Below are positions 58,057 to 64,000 of a stretch of DNA of 64,000 nt, piece by piece. Where the stretch lies: contig JBBFKW010000001.1 in the NCBI GenBank assembly GCA_037481835.1, positions 64,001 through 128,000 on the forward strand, in the 5' to 3' direction. This DNA is from Desulfosoma sp. (GTDB lineage Bacteria; Desulfobacterota; Syntrophobacteria; Syntrophobacterales; DSM-9756). Each line of letters starts with the position of its first letter. The stretch's first letter is position 1. The position numbers and the translations under genes are program-made. The notes below the pieces were generated by a model. The model saw only the letters and a program-made list of their open reading frames with translations. It searched no databases and was not told where the DNA came from.

Positions 58057-58189
58057 CTCGGCACCTCCCCGCTTTGCGTAAAAATCCCACTTAACTTCTC
58101 TTCTTTCTTTGGCCTTGACCGGGGGCCTGGCTTTTCGTATGTCCTAGACTCGTCGGGGCAGTCAAGAGAAAAGTGCGAGGTCCACAGCG

Positions 58190-59605
58190 ATGGCGGAACT
58201 GGCGGTTGCAGCCGCCGTGATTGCGACGGCCGTGTTTTCCTACGGCGGTTCCCACCCCGCCTACCAGGCCCCCGCCCTGGCGGGGCTCTTCGCCGGCTGG
58301 GGCCTCCTGCGCCTGGCGAACCGCGCCCGGCCCGTCATTTCTTCTGCGGCCTCCGCCCTCGTGGCGGCGGCGGCCCTGGCGGTGCCCTTGTTGTGGTGCG
58401 TCCCCGTGCCCATGAGCCTCCTGGATGCCTTGAGCCCCCGGCGGGCATGGTGGGTGCGGCAGGTGCACGAGACCGCCGAAGCGGCCGCCGCGTGGGGATC
58501 CCTGTCCCATGTGCCCTCGGAAACGGCGTTCCGGGCCGTCTCCGGTTTCGCCTATGCCTTTTTCGGCTTGTGGCTTTTCCGCCTCTTTTCCGCATCGGCC
58601 CTTTCGAGAAAGCGGTTCGTGGGGTTTCTGTTCCTCCTGGGATCCCTCCAGGCGCTTTACGGCCTCTACCAGGTGCTCGCCCCCCTGCAGGGAACCTCCC
58701 GGCCGGTTTTGGGCATGGCCCACGGGAGCTTCATCAACCGAAACCATTACGCCGCCTTCCTGGGCATGGTCTGGCCCGTGCTCGCCGCGTTCACGGCGGC
58801 CGGGTTCCGGGAGCCCCAAGCGCCGGGCGGGCTCACGGCCCGGGAAGGCCGCTGGGAACGGCGGCACAAGACCCTCCTGGGCCTTTTCGCCACCGGGTTC
58901 GTGCTCCTGGCCTTGGTCTTTTCCCGATCCCGGGGCGGGATCGTCTCCGCCGCGGCCGCCGCCACCGTTTTGGTCCTTTCGGCGGGGTCCCGGAAGAAAA
59001 CCGTGACGGCGGCCGTTGCGGCCTGCTGGCTCGTGCTCCTTTCCTACGGGGCCATGATCGGGTTCGACGAGATCCTGGCCCGTTTCGACCGGCTGGAAAA
59101 CGACGCCCCCGGCCGTTTCCGGCTCTGGGAGGACACGTGGCGGATGCTCCGGGATCATCCCTGGACGGGTGTGGGACCCGGAGCCTTCCAGGAAGCTCAC
59201 AAGGTCTACCAGGACCACCTGCTCGAACCCCAGTTCGCCGGCCATGCCCACAACGACTACCTGGAATGGACGGCCGAATGGGGATGGCCCGCCGGCCTGG
59301 CCGGGATCGGCGCCCTGTGGGGCCTGTGGATTTACGGGCTCCTTCGGGTCGTGCGGGCTCGGCGCCGATCCCCGGCGGCGGAGACGAGCCTGGCCGCCGG
59401 AGCCCTGGCGGGGACGGCGGCCTTGATGCTGCACGCCTGGGTGGATTTTCCCTTCCGCATGGGCGCCAATGCCTTGGTTTTCTGGGCTTTGGCGGCCCTG
59501 GCCGCCGCGGAAATCCGCACCATGGGCGCTCCCGAGCCGGCCCATGTTTCCCATGTTCGGCCCTCACGGGGCCGCGCTATGAACCTTCACCCTGACACGC
59601 GATAG
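58190..59605 (+). CDS. O-antigen ligase family (Wzy_C) membrane protein
   Basis: GSFINRNHYA, SRSRGG, R..LW....M..DHPWTGVGPG, HAHNDYLE. Confidence 0.88.
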   Translation: MAELAVAAAVIATAVFSYGGSHPAYQAPALAGLFAGWGLLRLANRARPVISSAASALVAAAALAVPLLWCVPVPMSLLDALSPRRAWWVRQVHETAEAAAAWGSLSHVPSETAFRAVSGFAYAFFGLWLFRLFSASALSRKRFVGFLFLLGSLQALYGLYQVLAPLQGTSRPVLGMAHGSFINRNHYAAFLGMVWPVLAAFTAAGFREPQAPGGLTAREGRWERRHKTLLGLFATGFVLLALVFSRSRGGIVSAAAAATVLVLSAGSRKKTVTAAVAACWLVLLSYGAMIGFDEILARFDRLENDAPGRFRLWEDTWRMLRDHPWTGVGPGAFQEAHKVYQDHLLEPQFAGHAHNDYLEWTAEWGWPAGLAGIGALWGLWIYGLLRVVRARRRSPAAETSLAAGALAGTAALMLHAWVDFPFRMGANALVFWALAALAAAEIRTMGAPEPAHVSHVRPSRGRAMNLHPDTR

Positions 59606-59615
59606 GACGGAAGTC

Positions 59616-61994
59616 ATGCAGCCCAACGATTCCCAAACCCCTTTCACCCCCGACGCCGCCGCCGTGCCGGCCCCCGCTTCGCCCAGGGCGTCCCTGCCTT
59701 CCACGGAATTCCGCGAGGCCGTCCCCGAATGGGAAGACACCGTGGATCTTCGCGACTACATGGAAATCCTCCTGCGCCGCAAATGGACGGTGATCTCGGT
59801 GCTCATGGTCGTCTTCGCCACCACCCTGGTGGTGAGCTTCACCATGACCCCCGTCTTCAAGGCCCAAGCGCGGCTGGAAGTGAGCCCCAAGGAGACCACG
59901 GTGACCAAGTTCGAAGACGTGGTGGCCAGCCAGCTGCAAACCCGCGAATTCATGCAAACTCAGGTGAAACTCCTCCAAAGCGAATCCCTCGCCCAGCGCG
60001 TCATCGACAAGCTGCAGCTCCAGCAGCACCCGGATTTCAACCCCAAGGCGGCCCCGATCCAGGACGAGGGTGTGGTGAGCACCCTGCGGGCCCGCCTTCG
60101 CGACGCCGTGCGTTCCCTCCTGCCCGGCGGGCCGCAGGAGCGCGACGAGGAACGGGAGAGCCTGGAGATCGAAAAGGCCGTGCTGGCTGTCTTCGCCGAA
60201 AACCTCAGCATCACCCCCCAGCGGGACAGCACCGTCATCGATGTGGCCTTTTCCAGTCCGGATCCGAGAGCGGCCCGGGACGTGGTCAACGGGCTGGTCA
60301 GTGAATTCGTGAGCTGGCAGATGGACAAGAAGCTGGCGGCGTCCAAGACGGCCAAGCAGCAGTTGGAAAAGCAGCTGGAAGTGGCCCGCATCCAGCTGGA
60401 AAAAGCCGAGGAAAACCTCCAGGAGTTCGCCCGGAAGGCGGGCATCGTCTCCTTGGATTCCCGCCTGAACCTGGTGTACCGCCAGCTGGAAGAGACCAAC
60501 GCGGCGCTGGCGGCCGCGGAATCGGAACGCCTGGCCCAGGAGGCCGTCTACCGGCAGGCGGCGTCCGCCCCGGCGGATTCGCTCCCGGCCGTCATCGACA
60601 ACAAGGTCGTCCAGGAACTGCGCAAACAGTACGTGGACTACCAGGCCCAGTACGAGGAACTCAAGGCGACCTTCAAGGACGATTATCCCCGGGTGAAGGT
60701 CCTGTCCGCCAAGATGGAGGAAGTGCGCCAGAAGATCGCCGCCGAACAGGAGCGCATCGTCCGTTCCCTGGAAAACGCCTATTTGGCCGCTTTGAAGAAG
60801 GAGGAATCCCTGAGGCAGGCCGCCGAAGAAAAGAAGGCCCAAGCCATGGCTTTGAACGAAAAGGCGGCCCAGTACAAGATCCTGCAGCGGGAAGTGGAGA
60901 CGAACAAGCAGATCTTCCAGAGTCTCCTGGAACGGAGCAAGGAAATCGACGCCAAGGCGGGTTCGGAAATCAGCAACATCCAGGTGGTGGACTACGCCTC
61001 CCTGCCCTTGAGTCCCTATAAACCCAACGTGCGGTTGAACCTGCTGCTCGCCCTCGTAATGGGCCTCATGGGGGGCGTGGGCCTGGCCTTCTTCCTGGAA
61101 TACCTGGACAACACCGTCAAGCGCATCGATGAAATCGCCGATCGGTTCCGCATCCCCGTGCTCGGGGTCGTGCCCAACGTCCAGCCCGCCGACGGGGCCC
61201 GCCTGGACTTTCTCGTCCGGGACGATCCGCGCTCGGGCTTTTCCGAATCCATCCGCACCGCCAAGGTGTCCCTCCAGCTTTCCGCCGCGGGGGACCTGCC
61301 CTTGAAGAGCCTCGTCATCACGAGCACAGCGGCGGAAGAAGGAAAGACCACGGTGGCCTGCAACCTGGCCCAGGCCTTCGCTTCCGACGAAAAGGTGCTC
61401 CTGCTGGACGCCGACCTGAGGCGGCCCCGGCTGCACAAGGTTTTCGGGATGAACGGCGACGCCAAGGGCCTGAGCCAGTATCTCAGCGGGTTGTGCGACG
61501 TCAAGGACATCGTGAAAAAGACCCCTCTGCCCAACCTCTATTTCATCCCCGCCGGCCCCATCCCACCCAACCCCGCGGAAATTCTCGCCTCCAGCCGCAT
61601 GCGCAAGCTCCTGGAAGCCGTGGGGCGCCATTTCGACCGCATCGTCATCGATTCCCCGCCCTTCGGGGGCTTTGCGGACGTGCTCGTGCTGAGCAACCAG
61701 GCGGACGGGGTGGTCCTTTTGAGCACCCTGGGGAACACGCACCGGGAGGCGCTGCGCATCTTCCGAAAAAGCCTGCTCAACGTGCGCGCCAATCTCCTGG
61801 GCACCATCGTCAACCGCCTGGACCTGGCTTATCACTACGGCTACTACTCCAGGTACTACAGGTACTACCACTACGCTTACCACTACGGGCATGGGCGCAA
61901 CGGGGATGAAGCCGCCCTGGAGGACGCCCGCCAAGGCCGTTCCCCCGACGGCGAGGCGCCTTTCAAGGATGAAAGAGGGCGGACAGAGGGATGA
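59616..61994 (+). CDS. wzc: Polysaccharide co-polymerase / tyrosine autokinase (Wzc/GumC)
   Basis: Wzz-like N-terminus, coiled coil, STAAEEGKTT, DADLRRP, IDSPP, Tyr cluster YHYGYYSRYYRYYHYAYHY. Confidence 0.93.
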   Translation: MQPNDSQTPFTPDAAAVPAPASPRASLPSTEFREAVPEWEDTVDLRDYMEILLRRKWTVISVLMVVFATTLVVSFTMTPVFKAQARLEVSPKETTVTKFEDVVASQLQTREFMQTQVKLLQSESLAQRVIDKLQLQQHPDFNPKAAPIQDEGVVSTLRARLRDAVRSLLPGGPQERDEERESLEIEKAVLAVFAENLSITPQRDSTVIDVAFSSPDPRAARDVVNGLVSEFVSWQMDKKLAASKTAKQQLEKQLEVARIQLEKAEENLQEFARKAGIVSLDSRLNLVYRQLEETNAALAAAESERLAQEAVYRQAASAPADSLPAVIDNKVVQELRKQYVDYQAQYEELKATFKDDYPRVKVLSAKMEEVRQKIAAEQERIVRSLENAYLAALKKEESLRQAAEEKKAQAMALNEKAAQYKILQREVETNKQIFQSLLERSKEIDAKAGSEISNIQVVDYASLPLSPYKPNVRLNLLLALVMGLMGGVGLAFFLEYLDNTVKRIDEIADRFRIPVLGVVPNVQPADGARLDFLVRDDPRSGFSESIRTAKVSLQLSAAGDLPLKSLVITSTAAEEGKTTVACNLAQAFASDEKVLLLDADLRRPRLHKVFGMNGDAKGLSQYLSGLCDVKDIVKKTPLPNLYFIPAGPIPPNPAEILASSRMRKLLEAVGRHFDRIVIDSPPFGGFADVLVLSNQADGVVLLSTLGNTHREALRIFRKSLLNVRANLLGTIVNRLDLAYHYGYYSRYYRYYHYAYHYGHGRNGDEAALEDARQGRSPDGEAPFKDERGRTEG

Positions 61995-63181
61995 TTCGAC
62001 GAGCGGGCGCCGCGCTGCCGGCTCTGGGGCTTGCCGTGCTGCTGGCTTTCTACGCCCCCGCGCGCTACCACGTGGGGCTCCTGGACGAGGATTTCGTCCA
62101 ACGGCACCCGGCGTCACAATGGTTCCCCTTGGGAAGCCTGCTGGAAGGGCACCGCCGCTTCTTCCGCGATCTCGATCCCGGCGGGGCCGCCCGATCCTAC
62201 CGCAGGGCCCTGGCGCAGCAGGCCACGCTCGTGCCCGCATGGTTGGGGCTCGTCCGGGCCGAAGAGTACCTGGGAAGGACGGAAGAAGCCCGCCGGATGC
62301 TCCGTTTCCTCTCGTCGGCCCTGGCTTCCGTGAGCAGCTGGAAATGGGAGGAGCTCCTCCTGGCCTACGAATTGAAAGAGGAAGGCGCTTTTCAGGCGGC
62401 TTTCAATTTCATCCTGGAACGGCTCCCCCCGCGGGTCCCCGATGCGTGCTACACGGCCCAAGCGTTCTGGGGCGGCTGGGAGTTCCTCGCCGACCATACG
62501 GATGCGGCCAATCGGCCGGTCCTGCTGGCGGAACTCATCCGGAGCCGCCGGTTGGATGCCGCTCTGGATGTGTGGGACCGGGCGGTGCGGGACGGCCGGG
62601 AGCCGGACGAGCGGCTCACCTTTCGCCTGGTGGACGCCCTCCTCCGGGACGGGCGGGTGGGTGAGGCCAAAACCCTATGGAAACGCCACGTGGGACACGA
62701 CCACCCCTTGGTGCACAACGGGGGGTTCGAGCGGGCCCCCGCCGAGGCGGCCTTCGGATGGCGCATCGCCCCCAACGGGGCCGTTCGCGTGGAACGCACC
62801 TTCACGGAAGCCTTTGAAGGACGCTACAGCCTCCACGTGCGTTTTACCGGAACCGCCAACGTGAACTTCCACCACGTGCGCCAGACGGTTCCGGTGGATC
62901 CCGGCGGGGAATACCGGCTGCGTTTCGCGAGGAAATCGCGGAACCTTTCCACGGACAAAGGCGTCTACCTGGAAGTTACGGGATTCGGCTGTTCGGGGCT
63001 TCGGGCGGCGTCGGAGCCCGTTTTGGGCACGCACCCCTGGGAATGGGACACCGTTTCGTTTCGCGTTCCCGAAAGCTGCCAAGCCGTGGAAATCCGCCTG
63101 CGCCGGCAGGAAAGCCTCAAGTTCGACAGCAAGATCGTGGGGGATTATTGGCTGGACGCCGTCAGTGTGGAACGGTCATGA
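61991..63181 (+). CDS. TPR-like protein with C-terminal carbohydrate-binding-like domain
   Basis: N-terminal TM, helical repeats, LVHNGGFE...W...WLDAVSV typical of CBM-like folds. Confidence 0.7.
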   Translation: MIRRAGAALPALGLAVLLAFYAPARYHVGLLDEDFVQRHPASQWFPLGSLLEGHRRFFRDLDPGGAARSYRRALAQQATLVPAWLGLVRAEEYLGRTEEARRMLRFLSSALASVSSWKWEELLLAYELKEEGAFQAAFNFILERLPPRVPDACYTAQAFWGGWEFLADHTDAANRPVLLAELIRSRRLDAALDVWDRAVRDGREPDERLTFRLVDALLRDGRVGEAKTLWKRHVGHDHPLVHNGGFERAPAEAAFGWRIAPNGAVRVERTFTEAFEGRYSLHVRFTGTANVNFHHVRQTVPVDPGGEYRLRFARKSRNLSTDKGVYLEVTGFGCSGLRAASEPVLGTHPWEWDTVSFRVPESCQAVEIRLRRQESLKFDSKIVGDYWLDAVSVERS

Positions 63182-64000
63182 AGGACCCCAAGCCCGACCG
63201 CGATTTTCCGGATCTGGACCGCTTGATCGAGCTGACCGCGCGCACGCGCTCCCTGGACGCCCTGGCCCTGAAGATCGCCGCGGACGCGCGGCTTCTGCGG
63301 CAGCTGCGCCTCGCCCAAGGCCTCCTGGAGCGGCGCCGCCCGGATGAGGAAGCCCGCCTGAACGCCGCATGCCAAAAGTACGGCCTGGCCGTCTCCCGCT
63401 TCGACCACCGCGTCTTGTACCTCGCCCATGTGCTGGGGGTGAGCCCGTGCCGGGACGACCCCTACGCGGTGCTCGGCCTCTCCAGGAACGCCTCCGCCCA
63501 GGAGATCAAGCGGGCTTTCCGAACGCTCAGCCTGGAATGGCATCCCGACCGGAACCCCGGCCGGGTCGAAGAGGCGGCGGCCATGTTCCGGAAGATCCGG
63601 GAGGCGTACGCGGTTTTGAGCGACCCGGCGCTTCGCCGCCGCCTTTCGGCACCCCCGCCGTCCATCGCCCCCGTTCCCCCATGCGACGACGTAGGGGAAG
63701 ACGAGCCTTCCGGGTTCGGGCGTGCTGGATCGCGGCGGTTTGCAGGGCAGCTGGCGGCTCTCGTGGCGATCCTGCTCGGCGTCACCTTTTTGGCCGATTT
63801 CCAGAACTGGCTCACCCCCCGCCGGTACCCGGCCAAGACATCCCAAGGCCAGACGGCTTCGGTCGTTGCGGAAGACCCCAAGGCCGTCTCCCCGCCTCCG
63901 CCCTCCGCAGCTCCCCAGGCCACCAGCCCGGAAGCGCCCCGCCCCCACGAAGCGATGCACGAAGCCCCTGCTTTACCATCCGCCGCCCCGGCCCCCTCAG
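63178..64000 (+). CDS. DnaJ-domain membrane protein (partial, runs off the window)
   Basis: My translation from ATG 63178: DPYAVLGLSRNASAQEIKRAFRTLSLEWHPDRNP, then TM LAALVAILLGVTFL and a Pro-rich region. Confidence 0.85.
   Translation, partial: MKDPKPDRDFPDLDRLIELTARTRSLDALALKIAADARLLRQLRLAQGLLERRRPDEEARLNAACQKYGLAVSRFDHRVLYLAHVLGVSPCRDDPYAVLGLSRNASAQEIKRAFRTLSLEWHPDRNPGRVEEAAAMFRKIREAYAVLSDPALRRRLSAPPPSIAPVPPCDDVGEDEPSGFGRAGSRRFAGQLAALVAILLGVTFLADFQNWLTPRRYPAKTSQGQTASVVAEDPKAVSPPPPSAAPQATSPEAPRPHEAMHEAPALPSAAPAPS

Noticed and set aside
56659..62240. Very long alternative-frame ORFs (56659-59595, 59577-62240; also 6700-8709, 19488-21224, 23013-25031, 53039-54913)
   Set aside because: Shadow ORFs of well-supported genes in GC-rich DNA, with no recognisable motifs

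Overview
GC-rich bacterial chromosome segment; gene content suggests a Desulfobacterota/Syntrophobacterales-type deltaproteobacterium (inference only). 1-25 kb is mostly housekeeping: kdsD, M48 peptidase, queD, tRNA-Met, ihfA, an Mla/MCE ABC operon, an atypical dnaA paralogue, ddl, tRNA-Phe, rsmE-pilD-topA-dprA, and a c-di-GMP-I riboswitch in front of a secreted subtilase. 26-55 kb is a minus-strand surface-polysaccharide locus: PglF/E/D/C/A-like and WbpB-D/E/I-like genes, AsnB, Wzx, Wzy-like genes and glycosyltransferases, with a lower-GC core containing IS remnants and pseudogenes. 55-64 kb carries Wza/Wzc/CpsB export genes. Most unusual: (i) a GxxExxY nuclease-fold gene bracketed by long hairpins of 8-bp CGCAAAGG/CGCCAAGG repeats, whose copies also sit in frame inside the neighbouring aminotransferase gene, a candidate nuclease/repeat mobile system; (ii) an antitoxin-like gene followed by a PIN domain fused in frame to a WbpE-type sugar aminotransferase; (iii) IS5-like MITEs carrying palindromic cargo, one of which splits a wzy-like gene with a CTAG duplication; (iv) a toxin-antitoxin islet bounded by a duplicated pglF 3' end.
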